A DNA stretch of 35,280 nucleotides from Dimorphilus gyrociliatus (Eukaryota > Animalia > Annelida): positions 2,641,763 through 2,677,042 of the forward strand of contig CAJFCJ010000012.1 of NCBI GenBank assembly GCA_904063045.1, given 5' to 3'. Positions 13,701 to 25,359 of this stretch are shown piece after piece. The position numbers and the translations under genes are program-made. Every line of letters starts with the position of its first letter. The first letter of the stretch is position 1. The notes under the pieces are model-generated. The model made no database searches and was not told where the DNA came from. It saw nothing but the letters and a program-made list of their open reading frames with translations.

Positions 13701-16700
13701 TCGTCTAACGATACGAAAAATGACCGTCTTCAATTGGATTTCATCGATATTCTACCGTTTTATTTAAATCCTGGAGAAAAAGAGCCGCGTTTTGAAAGCG
13801 TCTCTTCAACGGTTGATCGAATTAATGCTACTTTGAGGCATACCCCGCTTCAAGGTTTGACCTAATTTGTACTTAATGACTTTTCGTAAAAATTCTTTCA
13901 TTCCTTCCCATCCTTTATCTTTTTTCTCTGCTTTTTAAATAATACGTTTAGGCGAAAAGTTAGTCAGTAGACGATCACTCAGCATTTCCAACCACCTAAT
14001 TACAAATCGTAGACGTCGGCATAGAGAGCGTCCCAATGATACACACTCTTCTACCACTCCATCAACCGACCTCAATACCCTTGTCCCGCATATATTTGTA
14101 CAAGGGCTTATAATAAAGACAAATTAGGCGCAAACTTTTACGAGCTACGAATCTTGGTGTGCTAGTTTCCTAAAGCCAACTCCCAGTAGCCAGAGAGAGA
14201 GAGGAGAAGCAAGAAAAAAGGGATACAAACAGACAGACAGACAGATAGAAGGACTATGGGAAAAAGAGCATCAACAGTGGAATTGAACAAAACATTAAAT
14301 TGACCTAAATTGATTTCGTTTTTATTCTCTCGATTAATTTAAAAAGACTAAAGAAAGAAAGAAAGCGAAAGCCAAAGGGCAGACTTAGCATCCCAGATCG
14401 ACTGGCCAATGGATGATGAAATAATGAATAAGATATACAAGTGGCCTATCGCTTTAAGCAGTCGAGTTTAAAAACAAAACGAGAAAAGGACAAAGGAAAA
14501 GATAAAATGAGTCAGAGAAGTGTAAAACGAAGAATTAGGGCCCAGAAAAGGAGAAAGTAAAGATAGAGAAGCAAGATTAAAAGATCGAGGGAGAAAGTTG
14601 AGGAAAAATACTAAATGTTTTTATTGACGATGGCTTCCTGCCTAAGCCATCATATAGTCCAAATATAACGAGTAAATTATGTTTGCTTTAAAACAATAAG
14701 GTTTCTTTCTCTTTCCTAAAGCTTGTCCTATGACTAGAATATTTTTACTGTTTTCTTTTATTCTCTTCTTGCTCACCTTCCATTTCTTCGTCTTCTTCTT
14801 CTTCCTCCTCTTCCTCCGCCTCCTCTTCTTTTTCTTTTTTCAGTTTTCAACGAAAAAAAGGCGTTTGTCCAATCGAGCAGATTTCCCTTTGTTCCCTTCC
14901 CTTTTTTGCTTTTGTTTTCTTTCTTCGACGCTCGATTGACGCCCAAAATTCTAGGGATAGGCCTAAATATTTTCTTGGTAAATAAATGTAATTTATCTAT
15001 TCGTCCCTCAGGCAGAATATTAAGCATCGTTTCCGTAAACTTAACACTCGCCGAAGATATTTGGGCAAGCGGAGCGCAAATAAACACTTGCCAAACCCGC
15101 TGGTTCGATGAATTTAACACTCATAACCTAATTTTCATACGCATCTTCTTCCTCGTTGGTCCTCCTTGCCACGAATTGATAGGTTAGTATAAAAGATAGA
15201 AAAGGAATGACAATATCTTACGGTTTTTACCTTTTTATATCTTTCTCTTCAATCTAATAATTGATTATTTTTTGTTATTAATGACGCTAATTGCTTTTAA
15301 ACACGTTACGATCGTTTCTGTGTGCTTATTCTTCCTTTGCCTCTTAATTACTCCAATATGCCATCGTTCCCCTTTGTCCCTGAACGAAAATCTCTCCCCA
15401 GAGCCGCCGATTGACGACTAGAAGGGAGAGAGAGAGAGAGAGAGAGAGAGCGAAAGAGGAAAAACCATTGATAGCTAAGAAGGAAGAGGGGATGATTGGG
15501 ACGATGATGACAGTCGTTGACCTGATGGTTTTACCGTATAAGAGAAAAGAGTGAATGGCAGAGAGGTTAAGGAAGAAAAAAGGCATTGGCAGAAGAAGGG
15601 AGAAAGATAAATTTGATAAATATTAAATGGTATATTTAACTAAGTAAAACGAATAATTGATAAACAGGATATAGTCTAAGTGAATATAACGTAAATAGAG
15701 TATATACAATCAAATACAAACACATAAACGTCTACAGGATATGCGTATAAATATACAGTCTTCTATATGTTTATATAGGTTTGAAAGATTTTTCACCAAG
15801 GATAATCAAATCTGGTAATGTTTTTCAACCTGCTCAATATTCAACAATTAGTGAATTGGTCAGCATGATACAAGATTGGATTCGTATGGTTGGAGGTAAC
15901 AATGTATGTTGTTTCTTTTTTACTTATTTACATCTCTTCTAATTAAATATTTTTACATCTCATTCTCTTTTTATCGAATTTAATTAAATATCTCTTTTTT
16001 TCTCCCCCTTCCCTCCCTCCTGCCTCTCTTCATCATCATCATCATCATTCTTCTCCTCCGACTACTACATCTGCTGCTCCTCTTCTTCTTCTTCTCCTTT
16101 ATCTGCTTGAATATCTCTTTTACATGCTTTCTCTTTCTCCACTCAATTGTCAATTGACCTCCCCACCTACCCGCCTTTCGCTCCTCTCTCCTCACCTTTT
16201 ATCGTACAGGATATCAGAATTACAAATGTACAGACATTATCTGCAATTCATAAATGCAAAAAACATTCGAAAAGGGGATCATGGAACACAGACTCTTCCT
16301 TTGAATATAAAATTGACGATCGCTTTCACAGCGTCTTCCTTCGAGTAGGCTATGCAAAACCGGCAGAACTTTACAACGATTTTACATTTCCAATATATTT
16401 ACCTAATGTTACTGTGAAAATGTTTGTTCCATGGAGAAAAAAGAACCGGTTAATTGCCTTTTTTTATTATTATTTATTCAATTATTTATTACTATCCAAC
16501 GTTCACAATTTGGCTTATTCTCTTCCATATTTTCTTGTCAATTAGTTACGAAAGTCTAAAGGAGGTTAGGGAAAGGATGGAAAAGTTCCTCAAGTGCTGT
16601 CAGGCTAGAATTTTCTATATAGAAACTGTTCAAATTCCCGAATGGATGACCAGAAAGGAATTCTACGAAAGAGGAGAACGAACCTTTTTCGACGGGCATT

Positions 16701-16978
16701 GGTATTTTATTCCTGATAAATATGGGAATGCTCAGGGACCTTTCCGATATCCTCTCATCTACGCTATAAGGTTCGCTTTTAATTAAATAATCAAACAAGA
16801 TTTCGCCCCCACCAGAGAACGGTGACGATCGTGAGAAATTTTGTCAAGTTAATCGCCTCTCTTCCTCCTTCACAGAGTCTACATCGACGGCGACTTTAAC
16901 CAGCTAGGAAATTACGTAAGCGAGACGTCATTTTTGGAAAGACCCGAAAATTGTTGTTCTGCTTGCACAATTTGCTGA
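9618..16978 (+). CDS. Uncharacterised 473-aa protein with four ~100-aa repeats and a C-terminal CaaX motif (8 exons)
   Basis: Exons 9618-9829, 10004-10174, 13679-13854, 15012-15182, 15779-15903, 16210-16448, 16546-16770, 16876-16978. All introns are GT-AG with matching phases; 1422 nt = 473 aa + TGA. Junctions fall inside recurring motifs (FEQFE|VLVERANEWL, IIGLR|LWY, YAIR|VYIDG). Ends ...ENCCSACTIC*. No named family recognised. Confidence 0.8.
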
Positions 16979-17069
16979 GAAGACTTGAAAAAGAGAAAAT
17001 ATAAGAATAACCATTATGGAAAGAGAAGAAAGAGATAGAAAGAAACAAAGATAGAAAGAATAATATCAC

Positions 17070-17188
17070 GATTGATTGAATGAACGAACGAACGAACGAA
17101 CGAACGTACGAACGTACAAACAAACGAAACGAACTAACCATTGATTGAATTGATTGATTGAATGAATGAATGAATGAACGAACGAACA
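17070..17188 (+). repeat. Compound tetranucleotide microsatellite (GATT/GAAT/GAAC) in the presumed 3' UTR of the CaaX gene
   Basis: gattgattgaatgaacgaacgaacg...gaatgaatgaatgaacgaacg, starting ~90 nt after the stop codon. Confidence 0.9.
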
Positions 17189-18867
17189 AACTAAAGAACG
17201 AATGATAAGAATATTTTGCTTTTAAAAGAAAGAAGGTAAAAAACTTTGTTTTTCACTGGCAGATGATAGAAAAAAACCAAAAAAAAGAGAAAACTGATAT
17301 CGAAGAGAGAAACGAAAAAGAAGATATTCAATCTTTTTAAAAGTTGATCATCAGATTTTTTTTTTGTTACCGAAAGAAAACAAAACTGCTACCCTGTGTG
17401 CGTTAGCGAATAAACGTATAAATAACCCGGTATTCTTTGTGCGTATACATTTATGGTATTTATCGTATCTCTTTTATTCTATATCTTTCTCAATGTAATA
17501 TACAGTATATACTGTATGTAATGTGTATACTGTATATGTGTATACAGTCTGCTGTATTTTTATACTTTTTACGGATATACGTTTATTATCCTTCACTGAA
17601 AAAATAAGCTGGCTAAAACTCTTTAAATTGAACATGAACTGAGCTTCTCTCTCTCTCTCTCTATGTATAAATTTATATATACACATATATGCCTGCCTAC
17701 CTACCTACCTACGTATCCGTTTATCCTAAAATATCTTCAATTTCTTTCAGTAATGTCCTATCTGCAAAGCCAGAAAGAAAGAAGAAAGAAAGAAAATAAA
17801 CTTTTTAGTTTTTTTTTACATCTTTCATAATTTCTTAATTAATATCCTATATATTCTTTAAGCTGTTTCTTTTCCTCTATCTATCTATCTATCTCTTTTA
17901 ATTAATCATTATTATTGTTTCCTTCAACTACTCTCTCGAGATGTCTCTCTCTGCCACTCTCAGAGGCAGTCTACGCCATCTAGCGTATTATGTGGGGATG
18001 AAGACGACAAACTAAGGAGAATGACATTTCTATTCGACCTCCAAGTTATCCTTGTACCGGAGAGATGTCAAACTAATTTCAATTTGGAAAAGTTTCTTTA
18101 GCTTATTGTACACCGTAATCTGCCGCCTTTCTCCGAGATGAAATAACTCGATTTTGCTATACATTAAGCATTAGATAAAATTTTGCAATTATATTACTCG
18201 GACAAAACATTCTTTCTCTCCAACAAAGAGAAAGAGAGGGAGAAAAAGTATTTATTAACATTTAAATTGCCAGTAGGGGCAAGAGATTGATCATTGAATT
18301 ATCTTTTATATTATTCATTCAGTTTTATTTGTTATTTCTTTCTTCGTCCTATTAATATTTTATTCTTTCAGTTATTTTTCAACTTTGGATAAAAATATTA
18401 AATGAGCTAAATTATTCTCATGTGTTCTTTTTCTCTTAAACAATACGTCAATATAATATATACTGTATACATATATATATATACATGATTATGATGCGTA
18501 TTCTTAAGAGTTTACACAATAGCGTAAAACACAATTCATACAGTTATGTAAAAAACATTTACACTGCATAACAGACATATATCGTTCTTATACGTCGTTA
18601 TATACACAATGGAAAATGAAATCTTTTAATGGCATACACGTATTTTCTCACAGCTCAAGGAATTGAGTTTACTTTTTGTTTGTTTGTTGTATAACGCTGG
18701 ACAGAGGAAAAGAGAAAACAAAGAGAAAACAAAGAGAAAAAAATATTCATTATATAATATATAGTATATATATATATATATATATGTATATCTGTATCTA
18801 TACATATATATAGATATATATTTCTTTTTCGTTTTACTTTGCTTCCCTTATTTCGGCTCATTCAAAA

Positions 18868-21445
18868 CTAATTCAAAATATCTCCCAGTCCCTCGTTAAA
18901 CAATTCACCATTGTCGCTACTAGATAACATACTACTGGCAACGAAATTCGCACGCAAGTTGGCCGATTCAAGTGGAGATGTTGGTGGCGTCATTGAATTC
19001 ATTAGCTGTGATAAAATGTTTACAGTATGTTAGTCAAGCTAATTTTTAAGTGTTGGCGGTGGAAAAAGAGTACGCCATTCTTCGTTTGCTCTACTCATAA
19101 TTCCTTGCCTGAAATGGTTTCTTGTCAAAAATTCCTATTCTCTTTCTTAATCAACTAATAAGATTTACCTCTAAAATATTCGATTGCGAAGACGGTAGTG
19201 TATAGCCGTTCTCATCGTCCTTTCCGCTAACCAACAATTTTTGCAGTATTCCTCCGTAATCGTCGGAAGGATTGCCGCCTCTCAATGACTTTTTCGTTTT
19301 AGATGGATGTTGCTCTCTCTCTGCGGAAGCGTATATATTACAGATGACATCGGACGCTTTTGATCTCGGGACAAACATTGAAGATTTCTTTTCCGACTCT
19401 GGTCCAATCTCCAAATCGGTGTGTTTCGAGGAGAAAATCATTTCGGTACTACCCAGCAATTCTGGTGAATCATCAAGAATTGAAGATGGTTTTACCATAT
19501 CAAACGTGTAGTCGTCAACATCAGCCATTGATATAAACGGCGCCCTCTGCTCCAGTTCAACGTCCTTTAAAGGGTAGTGTGGAAAGATAGGGAAAGGGAA
19601 GGGAAGATAGGAAGGAAGGTTGGGAGGAGGGAGCAAAAGCGCACAATTAGTAAAAGTCAAATAACAAAATAAGTATATTCTTTAGTTTTTGTTTAATTCC
19701 AATATTTTCCCTAATAATAGCAACGTCTTAGATAATGACGGGTACTTTTGTAAAAGTTATAAGAAAAAACATCTATTAATAAAGTTAAGTCTTGTCTTTT
19801 CCTTGAAAAGATTTGCGAAAATGAAAATCTCTTCATATTTTAACATATCAGAGAATTCACAAATGGATTACTTTACTTGACTAATTGTTTTTGTTCTTTT
19901 TTTCCCCCAAGAGACGTTACCCGAGCTTTAGAATGATCAAAGATTTTAGAATTTGCTGACTAGTATAAAAAAATAAATTATTACAAATTAGGTCAATTAA
20001 TTTATCATTTTTTTGGTACTAAACTATAAATAAGTAAACAGAATAGAATAGCACATCCGCCTCGCGAAGAATTATTTTGAAAATAAACTTTGTTTATCAC
20101 TTATACAATATGGCGTGGCTTAGAAATGTTTTCGCCTACGATACCCTTCGTCAAACTATAGATCAACAGTGCTAAAATCTCTTAACGCATCCTATACATA
20201 CATTAATTATACTGTATACTGTATATAATACTAATTTATTAATAATAACTTTGTTGGTTATTACCTCTGGCTTTAACAGTGTTTCCCTTTTCTTGTCTCC
20301 TCCAAAGTATTCGTCGAGTAAGTCGTCATTTTCTAATCGGAGAACTTAATTATATTGTCGTAATTCCTTCAAGAAAATCTACGACTGCCTCACCTGTAAA
20401 GTCTGGCAAAGAGATTGTTTCGTTTTTCAAGGACTGTTCAGTAGATAGGATAATTCCAGGATATTCGATAGATCCGACAGCGAAATTAACGCACAAGACA
20501 TATTGAGGTTTGTCATATTTGTCATAGAGTAAAGTGGCTTGGGTATGAGCCCAAATGAAGCCACCGTATTTTGCAATAATACGATATAAACCCGTTTTCA
20601 TTTGACCTTTGTTCAACACTGTATGAAAATGATTACGAGCAAAATTTTAGTATTACATTTCATATACTGCAAACAATATATCATCAAGCAGAACTTACGA
20701 TTTTTAAAATGTTCCCTCAGCTGAGCACAATCGGAGCCGTGATGAAATTCATACAAGCACTTTCCTATCAATTCGTCCGATTCATAACCAAGTAAGTCAG
20801 CTGTTTTCTCGTCAACTTCGATAAACTTCATATCCATCGTGTGTCGCGTTACAAAGGTTTGTCCGTCTAATGGCGTTTCAACATGGCTTGGATGGGGAAT
20901 TGGTTCGACATACATAAGTACGTAGGGCGTTAGAAATTTCACATTTTGCGAATGCTGGCTGTTTACTCTTAAATTCTGGGCTATGCACCGAAATACCTGT
21001 AAAATAATATTCAAGATAGAACTACAAGTTGAACTCGTATAAAGTACACACAGACACACACACACGCATATTATAATCGTAGACATAGACAATTTTAGAG
21101 TGGTAAGGAGGAAGATACGGAGATTTAGTAATAGAGAAAGGAACAAAAAAAAAGAAGAAAATAATCAAATGATATAATTAATAGCACTAAATATTTTTCA
21201 TTTTGTTTTAGAACATTCAAACTCTTTAATACGAGAAGATAAAAGCTACTAAAAGGTTTTACATTTCCTATACTATAACACAAAAAAGTAATAATATTTC
21301 TAGTCGTCGTCTTCAAAGAACAAACTTTTTTTCTACTTTTAAGAAAACTGCTTAAAGTTGTCAAAAGATTCACTGATGAAATTTTGCTTTAATAAACAAA
21401 AGCAAGTAACACACACACGTACATATACATACATACACACACACA

Positions 21446-21487
<42 letters not shown>

Positions 21488-23595
21488 TACTCAATATTCT
21501 CTTCAAGTTAAAGATTTTTCGCAGATAGTATATTGTACATTTTACAAAAAGTCTAACTCTTTTGCTTTTTCGTCTTTTCAGTATTATCCTAAGTAAATTC
21601 AACGAATACGGCAACATTTTATCAACTAAGGAAAAAAAGTGTCTGGGAAAATTTCCCTAGGCCTATGCAAAGAGCTATTAGGCCGGTACAGGAAGTAAAC
21701 GTTAATTTACAACATCGTCAAGGACACCGATGGTCTAACCTTGTGAGCAGCACTTTTCAGATTTACACTTCTTCCTTTTGTTGTTAACGTGCATTTAAAT
21801 CTATTGGAGGTAAATAAAGAGATTATAAAAACAAAGTTATTATACATTGGTATTTATAGAAATAAATAGAGCATTTAATGTTAGTTTTATCATAAAATTT
21901 CTATAAAAGATTCAACAAAGACATTTTTTAAATAATAGAATGTCTATACTCTTCTATCAGCTGGAAAATTGATAGACAAATACTTTTTCTCTTTAAGCAA
22001 CGCCTTCAACTTAACAATCCTGTTAATGCAATTTGGTCGGAAAGAGATTATCATCTTACTTTCTAATTTTGTTACAGATATAGAGTGAATTATATTTAAA
22101 GTCTAATCAAAAATTATTGTTTCTATCGATTGACTGTCTTTGATAAGCCCATGCTATGTAGTAGTTAAAGATAAAGTGGAAAAGATGTATGTAAATGTAG
22201 GGGATAGAGGGACAGTCAGACAGATAGAATGTTTGATAGAAAGTGAGCATTAAAAGATTTTGTTTCTATAAACAATTGTGCTATAAATGACATCGAGATT
22301 CCATATAATAGCTAATTAATGATTCTTACCGAATGAAAAACTCTTTCCTCTCATTATCAATAGGAATTCTTAAGCACTTGAAAACTTCGTTGATCTCGTC
22401 GTGATCGCTAGGATGAATGAATTCAAAAACTTGCTGCCCAATCAGATCAATTTGGCAGAGGCCTAATTCTTTTAACGAACTTTCGTTAACGAAAATAATC
22501 TGTCCATCGTTCTTTAGCAGCATAACAAATCCATCTAAACTTCTTAAACAATATTGGCTAACCTTGTCTTCGGTGCCAGCTCGACTTTCTGAAAATGATA
22601 GAGTTTTAAGTTTACAAACAAAATACTTTTTCCAAATACTTTACCATCTCCAAACAGATGTCTTAAGGTCACATGAGATAGGCATAATCTTAAGGATGCT
22701 GCTTTGTCAATTTGCTGCCTGAACGTTTCATTTATCGGTAAGAGAGCGGTTAGCTCTTGAAAGATTTCAGACTCCTTAGTTCGTCTAGTTCGAGCAGCAT
22801 CTCTACTCATAGCCTTTCTCTTTTCGCTATTTCTATAATATAAATATATAAAATGTCATTTTATTAGCAATAGCTGTTTTAATTAGTTCTTATCAATATT
22901 TCTAGAGTGTGTTATATATAAAAATTCGATTGTTTTTCAGCTTGTATTACCTTCTCCAAACAAGCTACATTTATTAAAACACCGTTCATCAAGACAGATT
23001 TCATTCAATGGATTCTTCCCTAATAGTATCTATCTAGTTGCGAAATCTCTCTTTTTAGATTGTAGATAATCTTGCTCTATTACCAATATCGTTCGATTTC
23101 AAGTTCAACAGAAGACTTTAGAAGGGACTAAGAAAGATTTATTAACAAAACGAAAAAAAAACAACAAAAACAAAAAGTAGAGTAGAAATCTAACAAGAAA
23201 ATATTACTAGGTAAGGTTTTATATTAGTATTCGGGAAATAAAACAGAGTTATTACTTGTAGGGCATCTTCTACGGTGGCAGAAAGTAAGTCTAATGATTA
23301 AATCAGACACTGACCAATTACAACGACATCTCGCGGATAAATGTTTACAGTAAAACGCTTTACGGTAAAAAACGTTATTCCCTAGTTTACCATCGTTGAA
23401 ACTCTCGTAGACTATTACGCTCATAGGGCTTAACTATCATCGAAATACTACACTTATTCAAATAACAAGAAATATAACTATATCTACTGGTTATAAGTTG
23501 CGTTCAACTTTAGGGGTCAGTAGGTGAGGAGGGTGACCCACAAATATCGCAAATATTTACCTTCGTTTTCCTTTCTTTCTTGTCGTTTTTGGCAT
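18868..23595 (-). CDS. HIF1A: Hypoxia-inducible factor alpha (bHLH-PAS-PAS-ODD), ~555 aa, 9 exons
   Basis: Exons (-): 23595-23561, 22832-22645, 22588-22330, 21800-21740, 20996-20699, 20618-20394, 20332-20265, 19564-19169, 19005-18868; all GT-AG and phase-consistent. bHLH: RNSEKRKAMSRDAARTRRTKESEIFQEL...IDKAASLRL, where KESE is HIF-type rather than Sim/Trh KEN. PAS-A: SLDGFVMLL...FIHPSDHDE, FKCTLTTKGRSVNLKSA. PAS-B: EPIPHPSHVETPLDGQTFVTRHTMDMKF. ODD: LEQRAPFISM. The last exon is the least certain part. Confidence 0.93.
21409..21485 (+). repeat. (AC)n microsatellite in HIF-alpha intron 4
   Basis: Direct reading. Confidence 0.95.
23256..23266 (-). CDS. HIF1A: Candidate alternative first coding exon of HIF-alpha (MPYK)
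   Basis: ATG CCC TAC AA|GTAATA is phase 2, as required by the exon-2 acceptor at 22832, giving MPYKNSEKRK... Confidence 0.45.
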
Positions 23596-24701
23596 TTTTA
23601 TCCACCAAATATTTTTGATCACTAATTAAACCCTTAGGTTGGATTGATGGTGCGTAGATTCACACAATATTCGTTAACAATTCCACGAAATTGCTCTCCA
23701 ATGGTTAGGACTGTTCCGATAGTGACGTAGATGAGTATTTATTATGCAGATTTAAGAAAAAAATAAAAATTTAATTTAAAATATTTATTGCTATTTATTT
23801 AATTTTATATGACTTTATTTATTTTATAATATTTATTTCTAGCAAATTCTATTTCGTATATTAATATTTCGAAGAAATATATGCTCCCACCTATTCTTTT
23901 CACTTAACGTTAAACGTTCTATTTCCCGTTTATCGCCCATATACCATTGCACTTTAAAGTGTTTCTACTCGAACTTTCGCGTAAAAACTATCAAAGTTGC
24001 TATAAACTCGCATACTTTAAAACATTATCAACTATAACGAGTTAGTAGCGATAAAACTTAATATATTTTTGGCTTTTGTACTTTAAACATTAACTTTTAT
24101 TTTGTTTTGATAAATATCAAATTTAAGTTTTTGTCTTCTTTTGCCTATAAAAGCGGTAAGCAATTTTTACATTAAACTATTAAAAATGAGAAAATTAGAA
24201 AGTAGGCCATCTTCCTTTTTTCTTAATATTTTCTTCAATTTTCAAGTAATTTTGCAAAAAGAAATGGATCTGCAGTGTTAGGTTTTTCGTTTCCTCCTCT
24301 ATTCATCAGGTTAGTAATGGAGGAGCGAATGGTAAGCCTAGTGTCCTTCGAAGAGAACAAATAATTTTTTATGTCGGAAAAAAGATGTTTTTATTAGAAA
24401 AAATAGAGTTTTTTGTTACAATAGCAAAAAACGTAAAAAAAAGAACAGAATTAAAATTGTGCATATTTCCTAAACGTAGAATAAAATTTAGGGATTAATT
24501 TAGGTCAACGAATAAGACTTTATTTCAGATGTTTGTGTTTTCAAACAAAAAAAGCGTGAAAAATCACCTTTATTGTTTATTTATTTATCTATTGTTCTTG
24601 GATATTTTATAGGTAAAAGTTCTAACGAAAGAAGGAAAGAAAGAAATAAGAATGAATGACAGCATCATCTCTTCTGAAAGCTCTTCTGTTTTCGCTAATT
24701 A

Positions 24702-25328
24702 TTAAGCATCTTTACGCATTAGATTTTCAAGAACGTTTGACCATCCCAGGTCTTCTTCGTCATTCGCTTGAATTTCAGTTGTTATACCTTGAAAGCCCCT
24801 TCTGAGATAATCCTTACTAGATGTGTATAGCATTTTTTGTTTTACATTCACTCCCTGATCGGGACTCCAAAGGAAAAATGCCAATTTAGATCGAGGACTA
24901 TTAACAAATAGGAAATTTTCAGTTTCATTTTTTGTATATACATATATCACGCTTAAACGAATAATATACAGTTATGAACTCATTCTATTTGTATTGTTAG
25001 CATTATAATAATAATAATTATTATTATATAAGTTGAAGTGAAATAGAAAATTTCCTATTTTCGTGTGTTCGATATTCACAATCGAATACAGCGTATCTAC
25101 ATTCGCCCATCTGCTTAGCTTCCCTAAGCTCATCAACGAACTGGTCATATGTTGCAGTAGGGGGCGCTACTGATTTAACTTCTATCCTTTTTAGATCACT
25201 ACTTAATCCATAAATAACGTAACGATAGCAATGTTTTAATTTTATTTCAGTAAAACGTTCAATACAGTCAGCATCCACTCTAACACCAGAAATCTGAAAT
25301 GTTTGTTAAAATATATATACAGTATATA

Positions 25329-25359
<31 letters not shown>

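Noticed and set aside
19040-19168. Alternative HIF C-termini via acceptors at 19135 or 19109, or read-through VNLIS*
   Set aside because: The first needs a 34-nt intron, below the ~50-nt minimum seen here; the others end abruptly. The 19005 exon is preferred but these are not excluded.
11160-21420. Scattered RCGTG hypoxia-response-element matches
   Set aside because: A five- to six-base motif is expected by chance; no clustering evidence.
24970-25000. Branch point CTAAC plus AG inside cofilin intron 2 as a microexon rescue with canonical donors
   Set aside because: Available GT donors give either an immediate stop or deletion of the conserved VFDCEY segment.
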